A DNA stretch of 64,000 bases from Chrysomallon squamiferum (Eukaryota > Animalia > Mollusca), in assembly GCA_012295275.1 (NCBI GenBank), contig CM022677.1:12896001-12960000 (forward strand). The letters are read 5' to 3'. How positions within the stretch are numbered: position 1 is the stretch's first letter; the number at the start of each line of letters is the position of its first letter. Below, in pieces: positions 24,977 to 38,635 of this stretch. The position numbers and the translations under genes were made by a program. The notes beneath the pieces were generated by a model that did no database searches, was not told where the DNA came from, and was given only the letters and a program-made list of their open reading frames with translations.

Positions 24977-27564
24977 TATAACCCTATTAAAAAATAATAG
25001 TAGTATAAATTAATTATAACAATTAAAAAGAAGAAACATATTCTATCAAATGAAACAATAAATTATTTTATTTACTGATTTTTTATTATCAGAACAATAA
25101 GGAATGTAGACAGGATAAAATAAAAAATAACTAAACAAATAAATAAAGTATTAAACTGTATTCTGAAAACACAGTTTTATGTCAACCCTGATCAACCCTT
25201 TAAAACACGCCTTTCACTACAATCTAGTTTTTACATAACAGTCAGCCATATTGAAATGGAGACCGGTGTGGGTGAATGTTGCAATCAGCAATTGATAATC
25301 AATTAACATAAACATTAGTTACACCTTTCATCATCAAAGCCCAAAATCATTTTAGTAACAAACTACAAAACAACCTTACAAAACTCAGAATCAGCTACTC
25401 CACCAATCTAAACACAATCAAATTCAAACAAAAAATAAACACAACACCAAACTGAAGCTATGGAATTTCTGAAACCATGAAACATTACTTAGTTCTCTGT
25501 CCAAATTCTGCAAGTAAACACCTAAAGCTACATGACACATTCAATGAATTAAAAATTGAATTTACACTTAAAAACAGGTTGATAGCAACAGTGAAAAACT
25601 TTAATTCAAACAAATAAATAGACACAAATGTTTGATTAAATAAATTTAAAAACATAACATCAAATAACACAATCACACAGGAGTTTTAGCAGAATAACGT
25701 ATCCACATTGTGGTATTTAATGAGAAAAGTCATCTTTTTCCAAAACGTGCTTATCTTTTACAGAATGATAAACTGTGTGGGTATGTGTGTGTTTTTGTTT
25801 GTGTATTGTGGTTTGTTCTGGAACAACATCTTGTAGTCATTATGATCAGTTAATCAAATGAAAAGAAATGTCTATTTATTTTCTATCAGTTAAAATTCAC
25901 ATTTAATTATTCAGATATTTAAAAATTCAGTCAATATAAAGACACATTTACTTACCTTGCATACAACTGCACGAGCTGTGAAGAAAAATAATAAAAATTT
26001 GAACTTTAATAATTTATGAAGGACAAGGAACATTAGCTGAACAAGACTTGGTAATTCTGTTATTACTGGTGATTTGGTTCCACATCTGCCCACTGCCTAC
26101 ACGTGTCAGTGAACAAAGGCCAATCTGTTTATAATCAGTCCATGATGCCCATATTTAACACGACATGGTTGAGGCTCTCTTTTTATCTGTGGAGATTTAT
26201 CAGCCTTTCTTATTCTCAAGAATATGCTTTTGTTTTATTTTTTTTCTAATTCAGACTGAGGACCACAACCTCCAGTACCTCATTGTTACATACTCTTCTT
26301 CTAGTCAGAGTCCTTGAACCATTGGAACCACATGTTACTGAACATGGAGTTATAGATGTGAAGTCAGACCAACTTGACCAATGTGGCATGGTTTTGATAG
26401 ACAAGCACAACGGTTCTGTCTACATCAGGGGACTTTGCACACAACCAGTTTTAGAGGGGATGTCATTCTGACACGTTGTTGTTGTTGCCTGAGTTCAGTT
26501 TATGCTATTACCACACGAGATTTATCATTCGATGTAAGAATATCCTGACAATGCTCCCCTGTTTGCTGTTGATGTGTCTGGTTTCAGTAGCTGGTGAAAG
26601 TGAACAACTTTAATTTAGCTGTAACGTTATTGCATACTCTCGATGCCGTTGTCATTGTTACAAATGTTGATGCTGCGTGTGGTTTCGATTTTTATAAACT
26701 ATTGTACTGTGCGCACCCTATATGAAAAAATAGTATTATTATTACTATTACTGTTGTCTGCGTTGTCCTGCACGATATTTATGTCTTTGTCATTATTCTT
26801 TTGAGGATTTTTATTAATCGCTGTCCTAAATTTCTTAGTGTGTAGATCCTATTTAAAAATATATTGTTGCTATTTGTATTCATGTCGACGTCGTACCTGC
26901 GTTGTGTAGTTTAATTATTGTGCTTTTCATTAACTATTATTATCATTTTTTTATGTGCGCTTCCTGTATTACAATATATTATTATTACCAGTACTATTAC
27001 TTTTTTTTCTGTTAATGACGGTATCATTGCCGTCGTGGCTGCATTGTTCTTAACGTTTTTGGTTTACTTCTCTTTATCCTGTTGCGCATGTTAATAACGT
27101 TGTTAAACTATATTAAAATACATTATTATTGTTACTATTAACGTCACCGCAGCTGTTGTTCTTCGCGCTTTATTATTATTATTATTATTAACGTCGCCAT
27201 CATTGAAGTCGTGCCTACGTTGTACTCCTAGTTATGTTGTCTTTATCAGTAACTGTTATTCTTACTTTCGTAGAGTTAAATACTACAAAATAAAAATAAA
27301 GAATTCTCTGTCTCAGAAAAATGGAATATTTTATTGTAAACGACATTAACGTTATGAATGATTTTGTGAACTTAACGTAAAACAGAAGCGTAATATGTTC
27401 GCTTCACATCTAAATACGAATATGTTCTTTAGACAAAATATTAATATTAAAATTATATTCACGTTATTAAAATTTAATTCTTAATATGCCCTGCACATTT
27501 TCAATGAAAAATAGGATTCCTTCGGTAATGTTATTAGCTATACAACACAGTACATTGAAACACA

Positions 27565-27601
<37 letters not shown>

Positions 27602-29583
27602 TTTGTTTTTCCAAAAAATTAATGTCCTTCTCGTTGTATACTGAAAAATGATGGTCTTTCATATTAAGATATTTTATTATTAACAGAAACAGGACTATAC
27701 CGAAAAGCGTGATATGCTAGAAGAAGATTGTAGTTTCTATTGTATTGATGTTACTGACAATATGTGATATTTTATTTGTATGACCATAATAACATGAGAT
27801 TCCGCGACATATTTACATCTCTCTCTACATGAAATTAGATGATTAACCTAAAATTAACCTTCCGTTTTTACAGAAAAAAATAAAATAAAATAATAATAAT
27901 ATAGAAGCGAGAAGGCGCGATATTAAGGTGTTACTATTGTTGTCATTGTTCTATTATTGACAAATACAATGCTTGTTATATTGATAATTAATGGTGGAGC
28001 GGTTATACTAATAATGTAATGTAATAAGAGAACTTCAGGAATCATATGAAATGTAAAGTATATTACACTATACAACTTGCGCTGATGTACACCTTGAATG
28101 TAATGAAAAAACAAAATTTCAATTATCATAATAAAACAACATGTTAACCTTGTTTGTTCTCAGCTAATCACTATAAACTGTCGTGATTGCTGTGAAATAA
28201 CTCTGAGATGTTTAAATGTAACCTGTACGATATTAACAAAATCTGACATTAACATTTCTCAACATACTTAACAGCAAAAATCACCGCTCAACTAGCAGTT
28301 GATTTTCACCTTTTTCTTTTTACACGTAATTAAGCCGGTTATTTTCATTATGCCATGTAAAATTATCATTTATGATTGTCATTAATATCTAATAGATTAT
28401 ATGTGATTATCAATATTTTATGTAGTGTTCGACGTACAGTAAAATTACACCTTTTTAGAATTAGTAAAATTATCGCATTACTTTTACTAAAACGGACGTT
28501 TCGTATCTTCATCTCAAGTTATATATATATTTATTTTTTCCTGTATAATATTGTTAATTAAAAAACAACATACGCTGTATTTTATAAAACAATGTGTTAG
28601 TATTACCACTACACCTCTGTTGAGAAACTAATGACGTCTAATACAGATAGTGATGGCTGCGTTAAAACTGCAAGTGGTATTTTCATGACGCTGAGTCAAG
28701 TATCTGTGTGTGTCTTTGTGTCTGCTGAACATTAATCTTACCTTTCAGCAACTTCTTTTCAGTGATCCATTTCCCCATCCACGCAATAATCAGGTGTACA
28801 TCAAGACGCTAAGAACAATACTGGAACGACGGCAATGACGGCAATGAGGAATAAAAAAGCTAAAAGGAATGATGAGGAGTAACTTTAGGAACCGCGTTCG
28901 TACCATGTCAACGACGGCGACATTAGTAGAAATCACAACAACATATTTCAATAGGTGATCCGCCCGCTCAGAAAGTATGAGGAATGATTCATAAAAAAAG
29001 CTGAAGACTAATGAGACCTCTACGAAAGCTAGAAACAACGCCGTTACGACGGCGACGATGGTGATATTGATAGAAATGGTAATAATGCATTTTAGTGTAA
29101 GATTTGAACACTAAAAAAGGTATCAATAATAGTTAATAAAAATGAAAACAACGCCGTTACGACGGTAGCGACGGCGACCTTAATAGAAACACAGGAGGCG
29201 CACGGCCACAAAATAAGAGACCGAAAAAGAATAACGAGATGTACACCAAGACATTAAGAACAATGCTGGAACGACGGCAATGACAGCCTCATTAATATAA
29301 AGAGTAATAATATTTTTTAACGTAGGATGTGCACACGAACTGTCATACTTAATGAAAGGAAAAAGAATATTTTTTATTTTTTTTTCAGAGCAGATGTTTT
29401 CAGATGTATTGGTAAATTCCTGGACAATAATAAGCAACTTATTCTAGTGTGAGTTGTAAGCTTTGTGGTTTTATTTGGTGCATTAATATAAATTATAAGA
29501 AGAAAGAACAAGTAGGTTAAAAAAAATAACAACACCGTTTATTTGAAGTTTACGGTGAACGATTGGCTAATAATAATAAAATA

Positions 29584-29614
<31 letters not shown>

Positions 29615-29671
29615 AAGAACCACATCGATTTATAATTTTATTTTTTATTTTTTTTGAACATAAATTTAATA

Positions 29672-29708
<37 letters not shown>

Positions 29709-29966
29709 TATCTTATTTGCGGAAAAATGCGGGATGATTTCTGTCTGCGGATTTACTTTCTTGTTGGATGTTCGAAGAATATTCTACAGAATTGGGATAA
29801 TCGCATTATCATGCAACAAAAAAGTTGCTTAATGTATTTCATTTTGTGAAGCAGACAGGTATTACTATTTATTATTATAGTTGTTAATGTGTTTGGATAT
29901 TTTTCGTTTTATTTAATTATAATTTAAAAGTCATACACGTGATGGCAGCCATCTTATTTTGGAATA
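24410..29966 (-). repeat. Right arm of ~5.7-kb inverted duplication
   Basis: Reverse complement of 15991-21694 with scattered substitutions, microsatellite length changes and indels. It lacks left-arm ~18595-18750 and has extra sequence near 28480-28550. Confidence 0.97.
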
Positions 29967-30370
29967 TAAATTGTTAATGAGAGATTAGTGATTTCTGGTA
30001 TTGTTTATGAAGAGAACATTAATCTCGAAATCTAGTCTGTGTTTATCTACACTGAAAGCATAGCCTTCATCTGCTGATTAGAAGGTAAATATGATAAGAT
30101 AAGAAGTGTCTATAATATTTTCTGTTAAATAGCACACTAAACACAGAACCTATAATGCATAATTATACTTAAACATCTGGTAAAATAAAATAATCCATCT
30201 AATTAGAGTAATCTGGAGAGTGGCAGAGAGAGTAAGAAAGCCAGAGGGAAATAAATTATTCTTAAGTACACACACTCTCTCTCTACTCTGTTGGTCTGTC
30301 TGTCTATCTGTATATAGAAAGGACTTTCAAAGTTAGAGCACTGTATTCAAAATTAGAAAAAGTAGCAATA
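29965..30370 (+). repeat. Diverged direct duplicate of 41571-41980
   Basis: ataaattgttaatgagagattagtgatttctggtattgtttatgaagagaacattaatct... is present at both sites and colinear for ~400 bp. Confidence 0.92.
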
Positions 30371-30699
30371 CCCTATATATAGATTGTTAAAATATACGTA
30401 GCGGCTAACCACACGAGATTTCTGTCTTCTCAGTATGAATAAAATCTGATATCATTTCTGAAATGAGTTTCAACATTTCAAAATAAAAAATAAATAGAAC
30501 AAATTAAAATATATAAACTATACTTAAATATATAATAATGTAGATTTTAAAAACAAAATCTGTGCTCAACCTGATGTATGTATGTATTCTAAAACATTTC
30601 TGAATTATTGTTACTGTTTTTAAATATGTGTTCATAAATGCAACACTGAGAGGAAAAAACTTCTTTAATTTGCTGTCACCACCACTGATCAAGATATAA

Positions 30700-32430
30700 A
30701 TGACTGGCATGATTTACATGTTTATGATGTTTCATGTTTGAAACGTTTTGTCAACTTTTGTGTTCATCAGTTGTTTTTGCCAGTTCATGCTTTGAGCTGC
30801 TTTGAGCTTCAAGTCAGCTCCAGGTCGTGCTTTTCACGTGGCCCGCTACACACAGGAAGAGGGTGGAGCCCATGGATGTCAGTGTCCTTGAATTGGACGT
30901 GAACGATCGGGAGAACCAAAGAAATCCACCTGTACAAGAAGTAAAGAAAAATGTTTATTTATTATATAATGTTATCTTTACTTCATTCGCAGTATAGCAG
31001 TGTCTAATATGAAAGTAGAGAATATTTGAGAATAATAATGATGTTTCAACATATTTTATTCTGATACGTTATACTCAGGTTGTATCCATGGGTTCCCCGA
31101 ATGGGTCAACCTCCATTGGTTGAATGTCTCTGTCATCGAATGGGTCAACCTCCATTGGTTGAATGTCTCTGTCGTCGAATGGGTCAACCTCCATTGGTTG
31201 AATGTCTCTGTCGTCGAATGGGTCAACCTCCATTGGTTGAATGTCTCTGTCGTCGAAGGGGTCGACCTCCACTGATTGAATGTCTCTGTCGTCGAAGGGG
31301 TCGACCTCCATGGGCTCTTCGAAACGGATTCTGAAAATAACAGAACTGTTCAAGTATTTTATAGAAAGCATTCACTAAATATTTTTAGACGTGAATCATT
31401 AATAAAATAATAGTTGTCAGATAATGAGATTTTTTTACACTCCTTTATTCTTTTTAAATAAAAACATTCGAAACACTGTCTGCTGTTATTTTTATGTAAA
31501 AATAAATATTTTTTGATATGGGTATATTAACAATATAAGAAACAGGAATCATAGTATTAGAGGTTAGAAAGTAATTGATAGACACAGTTTTCAGTTATCG
31601 TTGATTATCTAATCTAAAAATAATCTAGCACAACCTCACTGTGAATAAAACAATATGTCCAGTTTGGACTTAAATATGTTAATAATATAAACATTAAACC
31701 TACACAAATGTAACCTTCATCATTTGCAGATGCAATTCAATATATAAAGTAAAAAGGAAGGAAATCGATATAAAAATAAACATTATAAAACACCGAGTGT
31801 ACGCTTAGTATAAATTCTAATTTGTAAGCTCGAAATCTTCAGTGATTTAAATGTTATTAGAATTTATTTTTTAACTATTGTCATCAATATTTTTTATTTT
31901 CGAAGTAATTCATGTTATTTTATGTATGTCTACCGCAAACATATGTCTTCCTATTGAAACCGAAACAAAACCAAGAACCGAGATTTCCGATTATTGTAAT
32001 AAATTAATCTAAATTTCAATGATTATATTTACTGATCACTATGTTCACATTCTTCACGTTTATGATGTTTCATAAATAACATAGTGTTTTAATAGTTATT
32101 ATCAGCTTTATATTCATCGTTTTTTTTTATCAGTTTGTGGTTTGAGCTGCTTTTCACATCATGTCAACTGTCATGCCGTGCTTGTTGGACCACTACACAC
32201 GGGAAGACGGTTTTGCCCATGGACACCCATTGAGGTGACCCATCCGTAGGAAGAAAGAAATCTACAAGAAGAAAGAAAATGTTTACTTACTTATAATTAT
32301 TTCACTGGCTGTTGCTAGTATAGCTAAGTTTGGTATAAATGTAGAGAATATTTGTGAAATATAAATAATCTTCTATATTTACATACCTTTCATTCATCTT
32401 TCATGTCAGGATGTATCCAAGGTTCTGTTT
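30700..32430 (-). repeat. Old tandem duplication: 30700-31100 vs 32040-32430
   Basis: Shared blocks ctacacac(a/g)ggaaga..gcccatgga, tacaagaag..gaaaatgttta, gtagagaatatttg, tcagg(t/a)tgtatcca and tttgagctgcttt. Confidence 0.7.
31075..31330 (-). CDS. Putative exon made of six 39-bp repeats encoding (PMEVDPFDDRDIQ)n and ending EPMDTT*
   Basis: tattttcag acceptor at 31331-31339, an open frame and frame-preserving 39-nt units. No upstream exon was identified. Confidence 0.5.
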
Positions 32431-32510
32431 TCTACTCAAAATAAGGCAAATTCCCTGGCTCATCTAAAACTATCATCATTAAATTATGCAGTTGTGAGAG
32501 CAGAAACAAG

Positions 32511-32564
<54 letters not shown>

Positions 32565-33792
32565 TCAGGCTCTATGTTTGTGTTGGTCCAAGCCATGGAT
32601 TTTACCAAGTTTTTTGTACGATATATATAAAATTGAATTTATTAATGTGGAGGTGATATATGTTTGAAATAAATATCTAAGAAAACACTCTTAATAATCA
32701 GAGCTATTTGCTATGTGGAAGATCTATGTCGCTGATAAAAGGCCAGTTTGAATACGTTCATTCATACAGAAAGTTGAAAATTTCTTAACATGGGTTTTCA
32801 AAATTAAATACTGCTACAAATAATGTTATAATGTCTTGAACATTTTAATATACAATTGTTAATAATAACAACAAATAATTATGACAAAGTAACAATAACT
32901 AATAACAATAGCAATAACAGTAATAAAAATAATATAATAATTTTACTATTATCATTATTCATTATCATTTCTTAATTACAATAAAAAGAAAAATTTTAAA
33001 AACGCAAATGTGACCCGTGTGAAACTAGCAGAGAAAGACAACAGTAGAAACTGTAGATAAATGGCTATAAGAGATAAACTGTTTTATTTGTGTAATAAAT
33101 CGTAACAGTAACACTAAATGTCAGTCACAATTAGCAGATAAACAAAGACACAAGAACAATAACATGTTAACAGTTGTATAAAACTTTACTGAAATAATTT
33201 GTTCATTCGGCACAAGTTTGAATGACAGATCTTTGAACTGCTGGTTATTATTATAAACAGAAAAACAAAACAAAGCAAAAAACAACAACAACAAAAATAA
33301 AGAACAAGAAAATCAAAAAAAAAAAAAAAAATACGAACAAAACCCGCCCCAAGAAAATATAGTATACTTATTAACAGAACCTTAAAAACGAACGTTAGCA
33401 GAACACAATTATTTTCTGATTATACATTTATTTTTTGTTATAACCTTATAATAACCAGTTTGTATTATCACAGTTTGCATAATGTTAATGTAATATACCC
33501 ATAATATACCATATTAACATACCATATTAACATTAGTAATGTACATTTCAGTATAACTGTCTTCATGTTTTTGCATAATGTTCTTCATAATAATTTTTTA
33601 TAATAGTAATTATATTAATATTTAACATTTTATTTTAATATTAGCATATGAGCAAAGGATGTTTTATAATGTTCTTCATAAGTATTTTCATCTCATTCAT
33701 TTAGGCTGACTATATCAGTATAGCAATACAACTAAAATATCAAATAAATGATCACATGGTGGATTTCTTTTTATCTTTCTTTGTTGCTGACG

Positions 33793-34885
33793 TCAGACAG
33801 ACGTCTCTGTGGAATTTCTGTTTGGTTTCAGAAATCTTTCTCTTCTTCTTCTGTCTCTAAATAACTCGCTTTGTGAGGAAGATCTGTCTGCTTCATCTTG
33901 ATGTCTCTGTGTTTCCAACATTAGAAACAGTCTCTGGGATATCTGGCATGGTGTTTGTGGTATTTGGCATAGTATTTGCAGAACAAGGCACACTGTTTGA
34001 GGCATGTTGCATTGTATTAGTGGTATGTGGACTAGTATTTGTAATAATTGTGTTTGTGGTATATGGTGTGCTATCAGGGACAGTTTCAGAATAAAGAGGA
34101 GGTAACTCGTTTTGATATGATGACAAAGTCAAATCTGCCAACAGAAAATGAAACAAAAGTAAACATAAATGTGGTAATTTTCAATGAAAATAACAATCAT
34201 TAACACTGTTTATATCGTGTTTAATTATTTTTATACCTTTTTACACATTTATAGTCAATGTAGTAAACTGCCAGCGACTCATTTCATACTGATAAGAATA
34301 AATTAACACACACACACTAGATACTTGTAAAGGAAAGCACTCAGCATCATCATTATTATTATTATTATTATTATGAAATTACATATCTATTTCTTTTGTA
34401 ATGTTAACCATTAATCATTTGCTATTAACATTTATTATACAATTATTATTAAATTATAATGGTATTAAATTTAAGGTCAATAACCATACATTAATTTCAG
34501 AGAACACATAACAAATATCTTATTATAAACACATAATAATAGAAAGACAAATCTGCGTACCTGATTGAAAGCTGTCATTAGGGAGACCAGGGTAGGGGGA
34601 GGTGCCCCTAGATCTATCTGGTCAGTGGAATCACTAACAAAGACAGGAGACATGAAGCAGATGGTGCTGTCAGTACGGTTGACGTTGACAACGATGTTGC
34701 CACGTCGTCGTCTGGTTTGTGTTTGGTTTTGCTGGCGACGTCTAACAATAAGTACCTGTAACTGTAGCAACGGCAGCTACAACAACCAAACTTCCAATAA
34801 TACATCCTGTGACTAATCCAATGAAATAGCTGTTTTCTTTATGAGCAGTAGAAGAACAAAATAAATAAAATAAAATAAATAAGTA

Positions 34886-34917
<32 letters not shown>

Positions 34918-35453
34918 TAATAATAATAAACAAAAACAACAACAACAACAACAACAACAACAATAATAATAATAAAATAACAAACAAATAAAAAATAATT
35001 TTTTATTTTTTATTTTTTAAGGAATACTTACAAATGTTTTTGTACCAGTATATCATTATATTGCTTTGTTATATTATGAATGATGATAGGTTGCCCTAAA
35101 CAGTGACATAATAATACAGATTTATATTTTTTTTGATTAACCTCACCACCTGGTATATTTAAAAAATAACATATATATTTTATTATATGATATATTATTA
35201 GTACATTATCCTTTCGAACGTAATGTTCTTGATAAAATTTACGATCTTTAAATCAGTTCAGTTAATTAAAATAATGAATAAATTAAAAAAATAATAAATA
35301 AACTCACCTGCTATCTGGACAGCCTGATACATATTTTGAAACCATTTTCATTGTTGGAACTATCTGAGAAAAATCTCAGAAACATGTGTTGTTGGGTGCT
35401 CTGAAACTGTGGAGTGGACGTACCACAGAATGACCCAAGCTGGACTGCAGATG
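33793..35453 (-). pseudogene. CUB-domain single-pass membrane protein with cytoplasmic PPxY motifs, 3' part, frameshifted
   Basis: Exon 35308-35453 gives SAVQLGSFCGTSTPQFQSTQQHMFLRFFSDSSNNENGFK, the CUB C-terminal G.fCG..S...m.l.F.SD.s...GF pattern. A further exon lies at ~35032-35149. Exon 34561-~34850 gives TM FIGLVTGCIIGSLVVVAAVATVT(fs)VLIVRRRQ then APPP(fs)YPGLP. The last exon gives ELPPLYSETV and a Thr-rich tail. Confidence 0.82.
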
Positions 35454-35599
35454 CTGAAATACAAATACTTGATGACAGTGAGTAAGTAAGACAGACAGAG
35501 AAAAATGACTTTGCTAATTGACTTTAGAAAGAGAGAGAGATGTAATGAGAAAATAAGTCAAAGAGAGAGAGGGATAACCAGCAAATGACTGTGTGTGTA

Positions 35600-35640
<41 letters not shown>

Positions 35641-35878
35641 TTTTGTCATATTTTATTAAGTGGTTTTTTCAGAATGTAAATGGGAGGGGTGAAGCAGGGG
35701 ACAATGTTCAGCTACTTTTTAGTTTCAGTTATTGTCTGATTTCTGTATTCAGAATTGTGTAACTGTGAAAATAAGGTGACTACGAGTGTGAAGAAAAAAA
35801 CAATGAAAATTAAATCATTCAGCTTATAGCCATTCTACTTTTTTGCCAGGGGAAGGAGCGTCACCCATATTTGTCTAT

Positions 35879-36428
35879 CCGCCCCCTGCCCTAGTCCCGC
35901 CAGACAGCTTGTGCAGTACAGAACCAAGCTGAAACTTTAAAGTTTCTTGTCAGCATGTTCCTCTGTGTGAGCTCGTAGGATCGAATCACAGCGTTTTCTG
36001 GAGGTTCCATTTATCCTGTACGGATAATTAACGTAAGGAACATAACTCTAATCTAAGCTGGTGAATACCTATCACTAAAGGCAGATAAGTCTAATCGATA
36101 TAATTTTTACCTGTAACACGTCAGGGCTTATGTCACGTAACCATCTTATATATAAAGAAGATTTTCTACGATGGACACACCCGCTGAACTGTCAGAAAGC
36201 GTGCCCATCGTAGACGTGCTTCACAACAGCTTGCTCTGATTAGCACGTTAATTTTTTTCACTTCACTTCCACAATCTTTCATAGATTAATCTGGGATCGG
36301 AAAGTACTGGAAAGTTGTGGAACCTCCAAAAATTCCGAGATTCGATCACATAAACTTTAAAGTTTCAACTTGGTTCTTCACAGGCTGTCTGAGGGGGTGA
36401 TTAGGGCGGGGGACTAGGGCAGGAGGGC
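35879..36428. mobile_element. MITE-like foldback element of ~550 bp with long imperfect TIRs
   Basis: cccctgccctagtcc..agacagcttgtg..agaaccaagctgaaactttaaagttt mirrors aaactttaaagtttcaacttggttct..cacaggctgtct..ggactagggcagg. Inner mirrored motifs are gatcgaatc/gattcgatc and ggaggttcca/tggaacctcc. Confidence 0.8.
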
Positions 36429-37256
36429 ATGCGTACACCTCACCACACAGCCCGGACACAAATTTGAATTAAACTTAATATTTAATTCAGTACAATTATT
36501 CGTTTTTATTTCTTAAACTTTTTTTTTATTTTGCTGTTACAGTCCTCTGTTATGTGAATATTTTTATAATTAAAATTATTTTTTGTTATCTTCGCTGAAT
36601 AATTAAACAGCATATCCCATAAACGACAAACAAATATAATTGTGTTCATAATTTCTTTAGCACTTAACTAAACAAATTAAATGAAACAGAAGTCTAAATT
36701 TGAAAATATATCATTATTTTATTTTTATTTTCCTTTTTCAAAATCTGTTGTTGTTAATGTTGCTATCCATTATCATCGTTATATTCATTCCTATTATTAA
36801 TTGGACAAAAGAGTTATTTCCCTTAGACGACCTATTCTATGAAACTAACTAATCATTATTATTATTATTATTATTAGTAGTAGTAGTAGTAGTAGTATCT
36901 CTATGTGTGCATTCCTAATTTATTTCATGTTTCTTTATTAAAAACTTAATATTTCTTCATTCATGCTATTCAGAGTAAAATTAGATCAATAATTAAACTT
37001 TGTTACGAAATTCCGTTTTGATACGTGAAAATTTGTATATATTATTTATTATGATTAGAGAAAGAGAGATTTGGGTTTCACTACGACTGTAAGTATGTAT
37101 GTTTTCATAAAAATTTCATTTCACTATAGAAAGGTAGTATAAAAATTTCAAATACATATAAATACTGTTTTTCACTCTTTTCATACTGATACGTTATTTA
37201 AATTTCACAAATACAATGATTTCTAGAGCGTGGCATGTAACATCAATTCAGCTGTT

Positions 37257-37456
37257 NNNNNNNNNNNNNNNNNNNNNNNNNNNNNNNNNNNNNNNNNNNN
37301 NNNNNNNNNNNNNNNNNNNNNNNNNNNNNNNNNNNNNNNNNNNNNNNNNNNNNNNNNNNNNNNNNNNNNNNNNNNNNNNNNNNNNNNNNNNNNNNNNNNN
37401 NNNNNNNNNNNNNNNNNNNNNNNNNNNNNNNNNNNNNNNNNNNNNNNNNNNNNNNN
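37257..37456. other. Scaffold gap (200 N)
   Basis: Run of exactly 200 N; 21895-37256 is therefore a separate ~15.4-kb contig. Confidence 1.
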
Positions 37457-38383
37457 CTCTGACTTACATAGTAAGTTATAATAATTTTTAATTATACGAT
37501 GTAAATGTTTACTTATTCATTTATTTGTTTATTTATTTACTACTACTACTACTACTACTACTATTTTTTTATTATTATTATTATTATTATTCACTGTGCA
37601 TCTCAAATAATTTTCTCGCTCATTCTCACCTTTTTATTTTATAAAAACAAAAATATTTATAAAAAGAAAAATACAATATCATGTTCTGTTTCTCAGTAAA
37701 GTGGATTGAAATGGGATATCTCCAAGTTACTTGTCTGTGTGAAGCTATATCTACGTCACATAATATACTGACATCAGACCTGTAGCGATGATGTTAACTT
37801 TTAAAGTCTTATGGATATTGAGAAGTAAAGAAATCGAATAAAGATTAAAATTTTATTTTATTTATCTTGTTTATATTACTATTTATATTACTATTGTTGT
37901 TGTCGTTGTCGTTGTTGTTTTATGTGTGTACTGTAGCATTATAGTAAACATTACAGGTGTGATTTTACAGGTGTGGTTCCAGGTTAGCGTGTTTTTATAA
38001 ACAACAGTAGAATTATGTGAATATCGAGAACACTTCCATACTAATGTGATATTTTATTAACATATTTCATTGGAAAGCTAAGTATGAGTAATTTTACACG
38101 GCGTTATAAAAATAAGACGCATCTTCAGTACCGCCATCACTATTTATGTTACATGTTTTATGTTGTAAACAGAGGCGTAGCGGTAATATTATGCATTGAA
38201 AACAGTTTGTTGAAAAATACACGTGTTCTTTTTTAATTAATAATATTAGATAATTTTATTTTGTATAATAAATAAATAAATAATAAGCTTAATTTTTCAT
38301 TAATTGGTATAACGTACCTAACAAGTTGAATAATGAATCAACTTTTAAATATGCTTATGAAAAAAATTGATAGTCTTCCATAA

Positions 38384-38429
<46 letters not shown>

Positions 38430-38600
38430 TGTTAAGATAGTAGGGTTGGAATTTAGAGGTGATAGAGACTAGACTAAAGTGAATTAACTTCACCATATTA
38501 TTGACATTTACAAGTACTTAATAAATACTTGAAAACTTAATACAGATTCTTATTATTAAAAATAAAGTAAGTCACAAATTATTTAACTTACTTAAGAAAA

Positions 38601-38635
<35 letters not shown>

